A stretch of 63,226 nucleotides of DNA, counting the filler, from Octopus bimaculoides (Eukaryota): assembly GCF_001194135.2 (NCBI RefSeq). It is 4 parts of 4 records of this genome, joined end to end, with 100 filler letters (N's around TTAATTAATTAA, not from the genome) between each part and the next. Parts side by side here need not be neighbours in the genome. Positions count along the whole stretch, not along the records: positions 1 to 16,743 come from NC_068992.1; 3 more parts are not named here. One strand, 5' to 3'. Under the pieces are notes generated by a model. That model did not search any database and was not told the origin of the DNA. It was given only the letters and a program-made list of their open reading frames with translations. Each line of letters opens with the position of its first letter. The first letter of the stretch is position 1. A program made the translations under genes and the position numbers. Below, piece after piece: positions 1-11,453 of the stretch.

Positions 1-32
<32 letters not shown>

Positions 33-69
33 TGTGTGTGTGTGTCTGTGTCTGTGTGTGTGTGTGTGT
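1..69. repeat. (TG)n microsatellite
   Basis: Near-perfect TG dinucleotide run at the window start. Confidence 0.95.
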
Positions 70-99
70 AATCTGGCGTTCCGCCAGTAAAGATGGCGT

Positions 100-330
100 G
101 TTTAGTTCATCCGATCAATAGAAAAGTCTGCTTGTGAAATTAATGTGCAAGTGGTTGAGCATTCTACGAACATGCGTACACTTAGCATAGTTCACAGAGA
201 GAGATTCAGCGTGACACAGAGTGTGTAAAGGCCGCTTCCTTGAATTACAGGTACTATTTATTTTTTGCCAACTGAATGAACTGGAGTAAGGTGAAATAAA
301 GTGTCTTGCTCAAGTACAGAACCTGTGGTG
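100..330 (-). mobile_element. Diverged 3' part of SINE family B
   Basis: Aligns by eye to 14405-14585 (aattaa(c/t)gtgcaagtgg(c/t)tgagca...attcagcgtgacacag...ttgaattacaggtac). Confidence 0.6.
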
Positions 331-399
331 AATAACGAACTCACAATCTTGAACCGAATGTATGCATGTATGCAAAACGAGAGAAACTAAATGGTTGAA

Positions 400-665
400 A
401 CTTTCACATGATGAACGATGAATCGATCGAAACGCGGAATAGATAAACAGGGTACAACTGATGAAGGGAATGTTCTTTATGTTGCCTGTTTCGTTTCTCT
501 GTTTGTTTGTTTCTTTCGTTGTTAGAAAAAAAAAATTCGTTTTCTATGTTTTTGTTTTTTATGTTCTCTTTTCTCATTTTGTCTACGTTTTTTTATGTCC
601 TGTACCAATATATGCATGTATATATACGTATATATATATATGTAGGTATGTACATATACGTATGT
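400..665 (+). mobile_element. Non-coding repeat family P1 with degenerate hammerhead-like core words; possible Penelope-type terminal repeat
   Basis: Shares GAAA(C/T)G...CTGATGA.g...ttc.ttatgt followed by a T-rich tract with 1575-1800 and 51200-51380; 34190-34340 retains only the downstream part. The Penelope link is inference. Confidence 0.4.
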
Positions 666-1541
666 NNNNNNNNNNNNNNNNNNNNNNNNNNNNNNNNNNN
701 NNNNNNNNNNNNNNNNNNNNNNNNNNNNNNNNNNNNNNNNNNNNNNNNNNNNNNNNNNNNNNNNNNNNNNNNNNNNNNNNNNNNNNNNNNNNNNNNNNNN
801 NNNNNNNNNNNNNNNNNNNNNNNNNNNNNNNNNNNNNNNNNNNNNNNNNNNNNNNNNNNNNNNNNNNNNNNNNNNNNNNNNNNNNNNNNNNNNNNNNNNN
901 NNNNNNNNNNNNNNNNNNNNNNNNNNNNNNNNNNNNNNNNNNNNNNNNNNNNNNNNNNNNNNNNNNNNNNNNNNNNNNNNNNNNNNNNNNNNNNNNNNNN
1001 NNNNNNNNNNNNNNNNNNNNNNNNNNNNNNNNNNNNNNNNNNNNNNNNNNNNNNNNNNNNNNNNNNNNNNNNNNNNNNNNNNNNNNNNNNNNNNNNNNNN
1101 NNNNNNNNNNNNNNNNNNNNNNNNNNNNNNNNNNNNNNNNNNNNNNNNNNNNNNNNNNNNNNNNNNNNNNNNNNNNNNNNNNNNNNNNNNNNNNNNNNNN
1201 NNNNNNNNNNNNNNNNNNNNNNNNNNNNNNNNNNNNNNNNNNNNNNNNNNNNNNNNNNNNNNNNNNNNNNNNNNNNNNNNNNNNNNNNNNNNNNNNNNNN
1301 NNNNNNNNNNNNNNNNNNNNNNNNNNNNNNNNNNNNNNNNNNNNNNNNNNNNNNNNNNNNNNNNNNNNNNNNNNNNNNNNNNNNNNNNNNNNNNNNNNNN
1401 NNNNNNNNNNNNNNNNNNNNNNNNNNNNNNNNNNNNNNNNNNNNNNNNNNNNNNNNNNNNNNNNNNNNNNNNNNNNNNNNNNNNNNNNNNNNNNNNNNNN
1501 NNNNNNNNNNNNNNNNNNNNNNNNNNNNNNNNNNNNNNNNN

Positions 1542-1575
<34 letters not shown>

Positions 1576-2204
1576 CTAACTCTTCGAAACGCCAGTGTTT
1601 TAATGGTGGCAGCTGATGAAGAATATGTTCTTATGTGGCCTGCTTGCCTTTTGTACCTTGTTTATCATTTTGTCTATGTTTTTTGCAACGTCATGTACCC
1701 AGATATATATCTATATGTACATGTAGATGAAGGTATGTACATACATGTACATATATACGCATATACTCATATATTTTTTATATATAAGTATATATATTCA
1801 TACACACACGCATACGCATGCATATATATCAGGTAAGCGAATGTATGTCAGTACGACGGAGAAAATTGCCTTGCTGATATACATCTTTTCGTCCTTGTGC
1901 AAAGATGAATACAGATCGATGAAATGTATATGGGTACTTGGGTCGATATAAACGATAAAAAAAAACGCTTTGAAGTCAGATGCCCAAGTGTAGCCACAAT
2001 AAAAGCCAGAAAAGAATATATAAATGCGTGCATGTGAATCAATAAACATTTTCATAGCTGTGTATTCAAGTGATGTGTTTCTCCGCCCTTCCGATGCAAA
2101 ATTTAACAGGTGTGCGATGAAATTCGATCGTATGAGCTTTTCCTTGGTTCGTCATTGCGGTAATAAATTAAGCACTTTTCTTTAGTAGCATAATAATAAT
2201 AATA

Positions 2205-2565
2205 TATACACTGGAAGCTATGCCAACACTATGGAATAACAACAGAAAAAAGATGGTATAAACACACGCCAGAAAAGGTCACAGAAAACGAGAAAGCAAC
2301 CATACTCTGGGATATGCCAATACACACAGATAGAGAAATTAAGGGAAATAGACCAGATATAGTTGTCAAAGATCATGAAGAAAAAAAATGCTTTCCAATT
2401 GATGTATCAATACCAGCAGATGACAATGTTTCTCTAAAAGAAATGGAAAAACTTTCAAAATACAAAGACCTGGAAATAGAGATAACTCGAATGTGGAATC
2501 TAAAAACAGAAACAATTCCTATCATAGTAGGTGCCTTAGGTATAATAAAAAAATATTCAGACAAA
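2205..2565 (+). mobile_element. Dong/R4-like non-LTR retrotransposon, C-terminal restriction-like endonuclease fragment
   Basis: Translation MPIHTDREIKGNRPDIVVKD...PIDVSIP...EKLSKYKDLEIE...IPIIVGALG has the RPD...D...K..KY RLE signature. Closely related to 42700-43020 and preceded by (TAA)4. Confidence 0.85.
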
Positions 2566-3539
2566 TNNNNNNNNNNNNNNNNNNNNNNNNNNNNNNNNNN
2601 NNNNNNNNNNNNNNNNNNNNNNNNNNNNNNNNNNNNNNNNNNNNNNNNNNNNNNNNNNNNNNNNNNNNNNNNNNNNNNNNNNNNNNNNNNNNNNNNNNNN
2701 NNNNNNNNNNNNNNNNNNNNNNNNNNNNNNNNNNNNNNNNNNNNNNNNNNNNNNNNNNNNNNNNNNNNNNNNNNNNNNNNNNNNNNNNNNNNNNNNNNNN
2801 NNNNNNNNNNNNNNNNNNNNNNNNNNNNNNNNNNNNNNNNNNNNNNNNNNNNNNNNNNNNNNNNNNNNNNNNNNNNNNNNNNNNNNNNNNNNNNNNNNNN
2901 NNNNNNNNNNNNNNNNNNNNNNNNNNNNNNNNNNNNNNNNNNNNNNNNNNNNNNNNNNNNNNNNNNNNNNNNNNNNNNNNNNNNNNNNNNNNNNNNNNNN
3001 NNNNNNNNNNNNNNNNNNNNNNNNNNNNNNNNNNNNNNNNNNNNNNNNNNNNNNNNNNNNNNNNNNNNNNNNNNNNNNNNNNNNNNNNNNNNNNNNNNNN
3101 NNNNNNNNNNNNNNNNNNNNNNNNNNNNNNNNNNNNNNNNNNNNNNNNNNNNNNNNNNNNNNNNNNNNNNNNNNNNNNNNNNNNNNNNNNNNNNNNNNNN
3201 NNNNNNNNNNNNNNNNNNNNNNNNNNNNNNNNNNNNNNNNNNNNNNNNNNNNNNNNNNNNNNNNNNNNNNNNNNNNNNNNNNNNNNNNNNNNNNNNNNNN
3301 NNNNNNNNNNNNNNNNNNNNNNNNNNNNNNNNNNNNNNNNNNNNNNNNNNNNNNNNNNNNNNNNNNNNNNNNNNNNNNNNNNNNNNNNNNNNNNNNNNNN
3401 NNNNNNNNNNNNNNNNNNNNNNNNNNNNNNNNNNNNNNNNNNNNNNNNNNNNNNNNNNNNNNNNNNNNNNNNNNNNNNNNNNNNNNNNNNNNNNNNNNNN
3501 NNNNNNNNNNNNNNNNNNNNNNNNNNNNNNNNNNNTATA

Positions 3540-4060
3540 TATACATGTATATATGTATGAATATATATATATACATATGTATAATTAAACATACATACGC
3601 ATGCATACTTGTGCAAAGTTATGAGACAATATCCACACGCACACAGCCACATTCGCACACATGCACATAAGCACACACACACATACATATACATACACAA
3701 ACGCAAATATAAATGTTTAAAGTGGAGAATAAAGAAGAGATAATGCGCAGAACACACACACACACATACACATACACGCACATACGCACACACTCAAACA
3801 CACATACTCACGCACACATGCATACTCCCAAACACACTCACATATACACAAGCAAACACTCAATCACCTACACACACATACACGCACACATGCATATACA
3901 CCACACACGCACTGAGATATACACACGCAGACACTCACTCACATACACACACACATGTATGTATACCACACACACTCACATATATACAAGCAGACACTCG
4001 CTCAGCTACACACATACACACACACACATACACACACACACATACGCAGCAAATACATGA
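3540..4060. repeat. Degenerate (AC/AT)-rich simple repeat
   Basis: Cryptic CA/TA repeats; this explains the HT-rich ORFs in the track. Confidence 0.85.
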
Positions 4061-4610
4061 TTTATGGGGTTAATGCGACCCTCTTTCAATACAGCAACTG
4101 TTGAAACAACAGATATGACACAGAACTTCGACGACTGTCAAGGAAATACAATAAGAAATCAATGAATAAATCATTATCGATAGCAACCGCTTTGACTTTC
4201 TGTCTCTCATAAGCAACCTCTCNNNNNNNNNNNNNNNNNNNNNNNNNNNNNNNNNNNNNNNNNNNNNNNNNNNNNNNNNNNNNNNNNNNNNNNNNNNNNN
4301 NNNNNNNNNNNNNNNNNNNNNNNNNNNNNNNNNNNNNNNNNNNNNNNNNNNNNNNNNNNNNNNNNNNNNNNNNNNNNNNNNNNNNNNNNNNNNNNNNNNN
4401 NNNNNNNNNNNNNNNNNNNNNNNNNNNNNNNNNNNNNNNNNNNNNNNNNNNNNNNNNNNNNNNNNNNNNNNNNNNNNNNNNNNNNNNNNNNNNNNNNNNN
4501 NNNNNNNNNNNNNNNNNNNNNNNNNNNNNNNNNNNNNNNNNNNNNNNNNNNNNNNNNNNNNNNNNNNNNNNNNNNNNNNNNNNNNNNNNNNNNNNNNNNN
4601 NNNNNNNNNN

Positions 4611-5175
4611 AACTGGTACTTAATTTATCGACACCGAAAGGATAAAAGGCAAAGTCGACCTCGGCAGAATTAGAACTCAGAACATAAAGACAGACGAAAT
4701 ACCGCTAAGCATTTCGACTGGCGTGCTAACGTTTCTTATCTCTTTATTGCCCACAGGGGTCTAAACATAGAGGGGGCAAACAAGGACAGACAAAGGGATT
4801 AAGTCAATTACATCGATCCCAGTGCGTAACTGGTACTTAATTTATCGACTCCGAAAGGATGAAAGGCAAAGTCGACCTTCGCAGAATTTGAAATCAGAAC
4901 GTAACGGCAGACGAAATACCTCTAAGCATTTCGCCCGGTGTGCAAATGTTTCTTATTTCTTTACTGCCCACAGGGGGCTACATACAGAGGGGACAGACAA
5001 GGACAGACAAAGGGATTAAGTCAATTATATCGACCCCAGTGCGTAACTGATACTTATATAATCGACCCCGAAAAGATGAAAGGCAAGATCGACTTCGGTG
5101 GAATTTGAACTCAGAACGTAAAGACAGACAAAATATTGCTAGGCATTTCGCCCGGCGTTGCCAGCTCACCGCCTT
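4611..5175 (-). mobile_element. Head-to-tail trimer of tRNA-derived SINE family A
   Basis: Three units of about 217 bp with junctions at 4735/4736 and 4952/4953. Each has a B-box-like GAGTTC(A/T)AATTC / GATTTCAAATTC word on the minus strand and the core ctttcatc.tt..ggggtcgat. Confidence 0.85.
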
Positions 5176-5277
5176 GTCTTAACATATTATTATAATATCT
5201 TATTTTATGTTACTATACACTTTAAGTCGTTTTAAATTTTAGCGCACGCTTTTCAACGATTTCTTTTCTTTTTTTAG

Positions 5278-5471
5278 TTTTCATGAACGAATGGGAGGCA
5301 GGTTATTTCTTGTAACCCGGAATATTTGTAGAAATTTCTGTTGAGGAACAAGATCCTGTTGATCAAATTACGAAATCACGTGTAACGTTTTATCAAACCA
5401 CTTCATTCTGCGAGTGTAACTCGCCAATGAAAGATGTGGCTTACTGCTCGCAATCCCGAATGTTCTACGAG
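5278..5471 (+). CDS. Candidate exon, unknown product, with in-frame TAA at 5313-5315 (or a shorter exon 5332-5471)
   Basis: Strong acceptor ttcttttctttttttag| and donor GAG|GTTAGT. Frame reads FMNEWEAGYFL*PGIFVEISVEEQDPVDQITKSRVTFYQTTSFCECNSPMKDVAYCSQSRMFYE. Non-repetitive sequence; no homolog recognised. Confidence 0.3.
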
Positions 5472-6756
5472 GTTAGTGCTTTTCTGTGGCTGTTGGAATT
5501 AAATTTTAGCTCTCATTTCTAGCAATTATAGGTGCTATTTTGCACCCTCATTTATTAATTTTACTTTTTTGGTTTTAATTGCTGTATTATAATGTATTTA
5601 ACATATCTTAATATATTAACATATTATTATTGTATGTTACATACATACATACATACAAACATACATACATATATACATGCTTATATAAATATACATATAT
5701 ATATATATATATATATGTATGTATATATATATATNNNNNNNNNNNNNNNNNNNNNNNNNNNNNNNNNNNNNNNNNNNNNNNNNNNNNNNNNNNNNNNNNN
5801 NNNNNNNNNNNNNNNNNNNNNNNNNNNNNNNNNNNNNNNNNNNNNNNNNNNNNNNNNNNNNNNNNNNNNNNNNNNNNNNNNNNNNNNNNNNNNNNNNNNN
5901 NNNNNNNNNNNNNNNNNNNNNNNNNNNNNNNNNNNNNNNNNNNNNNNNNNNNNNNNNNNNNNNNNNNNNNNNNNNNNNNNNNNNNNNNNNNNNNNNNNNN
6001 NNNNNNNNNNNNNNNNNNNNNNNNNNNNNNNNNNNNNNNNNNNNNNNNNNNNNNNNNNNNNNNNNNNNNNNNNNNNNNNNNNNNNNNNNNNNNNNNNNNN
6101 NNNNNNNNNNNNNNNNNNNNNNNNNNNNNNNNNNNNNNNNNNNNNNNNNNNNNNNNNNNNNNNNNNNNNNNNNNNNNNNNNNNNNNNNNNNNNNNNNNNN
6201 NNNNNNNNNNNNNNNNNNNNNNNNNNNNNNNNNNNNNNNNNNNNNNNNNNNNNNNNNNNNNNNNNNNNNNNNNNNNNNNNNNNNNNNNNNNNNNNNNNNN
6301 NNNNNNNNNNNNNNNNNNNNNNNNNNNNNNNNNNNNNNNNNNNNNNNNNNNNNNNNNNNNNNNNNNNNNNNNNNNNNNNNNNNNNNNNNNNNNNNNNNNN
6401 NNNNNNNNNNNNNNNNNNNNNNNNNNNNNNNNNNNNNNNNNNNNNNNNNNNNNNNNNNNNNNNNNNNNNNNNNNNNNNNNNNNNNNNNNNNNNNNNNNNN
6501 NNNNNNNNNNNNNNNNNNNNNNNNNNNNNNNNNNNNNNNNNNNNNNNNNNNNNNNNNNNNNNNNNNNNNNNNNNNNNNNNNNNNNNNNNNNNNNNNNNNN
6601 NNNNNNNNNNNNNNNNNNNNNNNNNNNNNNNNNNNNNNNNNNNNNNNNNNNNNNNNNNNNNNNNNNNTGTCATGTGTCTGAAAAGGTGAAAATTTATTTA
6701 AATTTTAAAAATGATAAACAAAATTTGCAGGGGATGAATAGAGGTACATGAATAGA

Positions 6757-6787
<31 letters not shown>

Positions 6788-8096
6788 GTAAATAAAATTA
6801 AAAAAATAAAACACAACCATAAAATATTTTTGTATTAATTCAAATAACTTTAGAATGGATTTAAATGACTAGGAACGCAAATAAAAAAGAGACAAAACAA
6901 AAACGAACGAATTTATCTGAAAACTCATGATAATGGCAAAATGATAAAAATGTTAGAAAAGATAAAATACTATGAAATAGAAAACGTGGTGTCACCTGAA
7001 GACAAGGGAAATAACCATATCTTCGTAATATTTAGTGGGATAAGATGTCTAAATTGATATAAAGGAATAAAGGAAAAGGTGCATGGAATACATATGTATG
7101 ATGTATGTTTGTTGCTTAATACAAAGTTCTTAAACTTTATAGTGCTAATTATACATTTTATTCTTTTTAGAATTTACCAGCATGACATAACCTGAGATAA
7201 ATTAATTAAACATTTTATAAAGAGACACATTTTCTATGGATGAAAATATGCTATGGATAATAACTGCCTGGAAGAAATTCATGGAAAGTGTTTTCTTTTC
7301 ATTTCACTGAATTAATAGCTTTGCAATCGAGAGAGAAAAGAAAATTCTTAAAGTCTACTTCCATGAGAATGTTTCCAGTGAGTTCTAACTTTTGAAGGTA
7401 TCTAGAAAAGCAATGGTTCTGAAGATAAACATAAAGCATGTTGCAGCGACGTAGCTGACATGTTCCTCAATAATCCATAATAATTTTGGCACAAGGTTAA
7501 CAATTTTGAGAGCAGGGTGCAAGTCGATTACCTCGACCCTTGAATGTGACTGGTACTTTACTTTATCGACCACGAAAGGGCGGAAAGCAAAAGCTGACTT
7601 CGACGGGACTTTGAGCTTATTATGTTTAGAACCGAAACAAAATACTGCTAAGTATTTCATTCGCCGCGATAACGATTCTGTCTACTCACCGTCTTATATT
7701 CTTCTATAATGTGAAGAAATATTCTTGATAAAGCTTCTGTGAAATCGAATTACAATAGACCAAATATAATGACTTGAGAAAGAACAAAAATTGTGCACAG
7801 TTGTAGAAATCAATTGCTCAGTGGACGAAATCGTAATGTTTAAGATAGAGAAAAAAAAAAAGAAAAAAGAAACAGTAATCTATGGGGAACTAATGAAAAA
7901 TCTGAAAATACCATGTCTGGACAAAACCTGTGATTATTGGTAAACTTTGTTATGTAACTAATTGCCTTTGTACCTATCTTGAGAAGCCGGTCTTCATAAA
8001 ACCAGAAAGAATTTCGATTTCCAAACCAAAAATGAAACTATAAACAAGCGTAAAATTTCCAGAACTCAACTACATAGAACTTAAATATACGCATGG

Positions 8097-8127
<31 letters not shown>

Positions 8128-9478
8128 GCCTAGCAGGCCGAGACTTTGAAATCACTGACTCCTCTCTTCTTATAAAAAGCGAATAAACACGTATTCTCCC
8201 AAATAATATTTGTTTCAAATTTTAGCACAAGTCCTGCAATTTTGTGGGAGAGATAGGTCGTTCAAGTCGACCATAGTGCCCAACTGGTATTTATTTTATC
8301 GATCTCAAAAGTATGAAAGACCAAGTCGACCCCGGCGGAATTTGAACACAGAACGAAAACACGGTCGAAATGCCGCTAAGTATTTTAACCGGCTTGGTAA
8401 GGATTCTGCCAAGCTGACCACCTGACTTTACGAAATAGTATTTAGTAATCTTTCAATTATTTAATGTAAAATTGCTTTTTAATTAATGTACTGACACTAA
8501 AATAAGCATATGTGTGTGTGTGCATACACATATAAACACATACGCACATATAACTACATAAATATATGATGGCCACACCTGTCAGTTTCGATGTATGAGT
8601 GTGTGAAGGAGAGGATTTAAAGAAAGAAAAAATAAGTGAGAAGAAAACACACATATACGGATATTCATACGTATATACATGCATACGAGACGATCCTGTT
8701 TGATACCACTCAAATTCCAATGAAAGTTTGTTGCTTCTTGGTAATGACCAGAATATTTGCAGTACAATTCAAACACACACACACACACACACACACATGC
8801 AGGCTTGCCAAGATCAGGGCGTTAGCGTTCAGAAAAGAGCAATGCTACTCGTAGTCCAAAATTTAGGCCACAAAAGTCTGTGCCATTTTATCTGTGCCAT
8901 TTTTTACTGTATTTAAAAGGTGATGTGATTCCATACCTTCTCCAACATTTGAGGCGTGTATTACCCAAACGTGTCTCATTTTCTCTTACATAGATTCTGA
9001 GACACAGTTTGGGTATTTATCAAATAAGCTTGAGCAACAGTCTGGTGGGATAAGTACCAGATTTAAGGAACAAGACCTAGAGTTGACCTTCAAGACGGTT
9101 CCATAGCATAACTGCACTCCAATGACTGAATCAAGTAAAAAATAAAAGATGTGTTTGTCCTCCACCACCGCTTAATAACCGCTGTTGGTGTGTTTGTGGC
9201 CCAGTAACTTAGCTATTCGGCAAAAAGAGACGGATAGAATAAATATCAGGCTTGGGGTCGATTTGTTCGACCGCATGGCCGCAGTCAAATGATTGAAAGA
9301 AATAAAAGATAAAAGACGGATTTTTCTACATAGATCTTCAACATCGTTCAAAAGTGTCTCTCGATGTGACATACATACCCCCGCAGCACCATCTCTTTGT
9401 CTGGGGGTGATCTGACTTCTGCCGTCGCGTCGTTCTGTATGAGAATCTTCGGTCACTTTGATGTCATCATGATGTAAA

Positions 9479-9679
9479 CTTGGCTACGAAGTTCTTCGCC
9501 ACTTAGCTTATTCCCCAGACTTTTCTCCAACCAACTACCACGTTTTCAAGCACCTTGATCTCCTGCGAGAGAAGGAGTTCGAAAATCAAACCGAAGCTGA
9601 AAGTGCGTTCAAAGATTTCATCAGCTCCAGGACACTTGATTTTCATGTTACCGGAATAAACAAACCTGTAACTCGTTAG
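9479..9679 (+). mobile_element. Mariner transposase C-terminal fragment, Hsmar1/SETMAR-like
   Basis: Reads LGYEVLRHLAYSPDFSPTNYHVFKHLDLLREKEFENQTEAESAFKDFISSRTLDFHVTGINKPVTR*, matching the mariner YSPDL.P.DY..F motif and the Hsmar1-type C-terminus. Confidence 0.85.
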
Positions 9680-9682
9680 AAT

Positions 9683-9751
9683 ATAGCGTAGTGGTTAAGA
9701 GCACGGGTTACTAACCCCAATATTCCGAGTTCGATTCCAGGCAGTAACATA

Positions 9752-9839
<88 letters not shown>

Positions 9840-10034
9840 GTAATAATAATAATAATAATAATAACAATAACAATAATGATAACAACAACAACATCGAAAA
9901 ATACCTTAGGAATGAGAACACAGGTTCGAAATTTCTCCAAGACACCTGATGAAGGCTGGAGGGTATATCAGTTGAAACGTTGTGTTAAAAACAAACACGA
10001 TGAGGACAAATATCCGTCAATTGTAAATAATGTA
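9683..10034 (+). mobile_element. tRNA-headed SINE-like element (family D) with internal (TAA)n and 3' hammerhead-like module
   Basis: A-box TAGCGTAGTGG 9684-9694, B-box GAGTTCGATTCC 9727-9738, (TAA)n about 9751-9890, then a 3' module also present at 18445-18583 (-) and 18603-18720 (+). Confidence 0.75.
9941..9986 (+). ncRNA. Minimal type I hammerhead ribozyme-like motif
   Basis: GACAC CTGATGA A GGCTG-gagggtatat-CAGTT GAAAC GTT GTGTT: 5-bp stem I, intact core, 5-bp stem II with two G-U pairs, palindromic AACGTT stem III. Confidence 0.6.
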
Positions 10035-11257
10035 NNNNNNNNNNNNNNNNNNNNNNNNNNNNNNNNNNNNNNNNNNNNNNNNNNNNNNNNNNNNNNNNNN
10101 NNNNNNNNNNNNNNNNNNNNNNNNNNNNNNNNNNNNNNNNNNNNNNNNNNNNNNNNNNNNNNNNNNNNNNNNNNNNNNNNNNNNNNNNNNNNNNNNNNNN
10201 NNNNNNNNNNNNNNNNNNNNNNNNNNNNNNNNNNNNNNNNNNNNNNNNNNNNNNNNNNNNNNNNNNNNNNNNNNNNNNNNNNNNNNNNNNNNNNNNNNNN
10301 NNNNNNNNNNNNNNNNNNNNNNNNNNNNNNNNNNNNNNNNNNNNNNNNNNNNNNNNNNNNNNNNNNNNNNNNNNNNNNNNNNNNNNNNNNNNNNNNNNNN
10401 NNNNNNNNNNNNNNNNNNNNNNNNNNNNNNNNNNNNNNNNNNNNNNNNNNNNNNNNNNNNNNNNNNNNNNNNNNNNNNNNNNNNNNNNNNNNNNNNNNNN
10501 NNNNNNNNNNNNNNNNNNNNNNNNNNNNNNNNNNNNNNNNNNNNNNNNNNNNNNNNNNNNNNNNNNNNNNNNNNNNNNNNNNNNNNNNNNNNNNNNNNNN
10601 NNNNNNNNNNNNNNNNNNNNNNNNNNNNNNNNNNNNNNNNNNNNNNNNNNNNNNNNNNNNNNNNNNNNNNNNNNNNNNNNNNNNNNNNNNNNNNNNNNNN
10701 NNNNNNNNNNNNNNNNNNNNNNNNNNNNNNNNNNNNNNNNNNNNNNNNNNNNNNNNNNNNNNNNNNNNNNNNNNNNNNNNNNNNNNNNNNNNNNNNNNNN
10801 NNNNNNNNNNNNNNNNNNNNNNNNNNNNNNNNNNNNNNNNNNNNNNNNNNNNNNNNNNNNNNNNNNNNNNNNNNNNNNNNNNTTAAAAAATAGAGCTCAA
10901 AATCGATGCATTGAAGATATTTTATTGCAGCAACAATTATAATAGCAGAAACAACAACAATAAACCAAACCTATGCACATTTTAATAGAGTATCCAGGAT
11001 AAATAAACCACATCATAAAATGTCTCATAAAATATTATAACATATTATAACACATTACAAATTACAAATTATAAATTGCCGGATACTCCATCTCTTCAGG
11101 GTCGCATTATTATTGCCATCACCAAACACTACTATTACTAGCAAAACACATACATCCAAGCGGGTGAAAGAATAATCGAAGGTACACAACCTTCCATCGT
11201 TATTTTCCTTCAGAATGTAAGCAAACAAATCAAATCAAATCATATGTATGTATATGT

Positions 11258-11304
11258 AAAAGTGACCAGTAAGTGGTCTGTTAGACCACTTACTGGTCAC
11301 TTTT
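11258..11304. repeat. Perfect 22-bp inverted repeat with 3-nt loop
   Basis: aaaagtgaccagtaagtggtct-gtt-agaccacttactggtcactttt. Confidence 0.9.
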
Positions 11305-11453
11305 ATATACACATGTACTATAATCCTGTTAGGATCTCGAAAATTTTTTTCCTGAACCTTCTGATTCTTTTAATGTACTAGTTTCCTGGTATTAAATTGA
11401 TATTAATTAATATCGAATGTTTACCCTATTATGTTATATATATGTATATATAT

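Noticed and set aside
9683-9745. tRNA-like heads with A and B boxes (also 14700-14780, 22282-22350 and family A/C heads) as tRNA genes
   Set aside because: No complete cloverleaf acceptor stem, and each continues into a multicopy SINE body.
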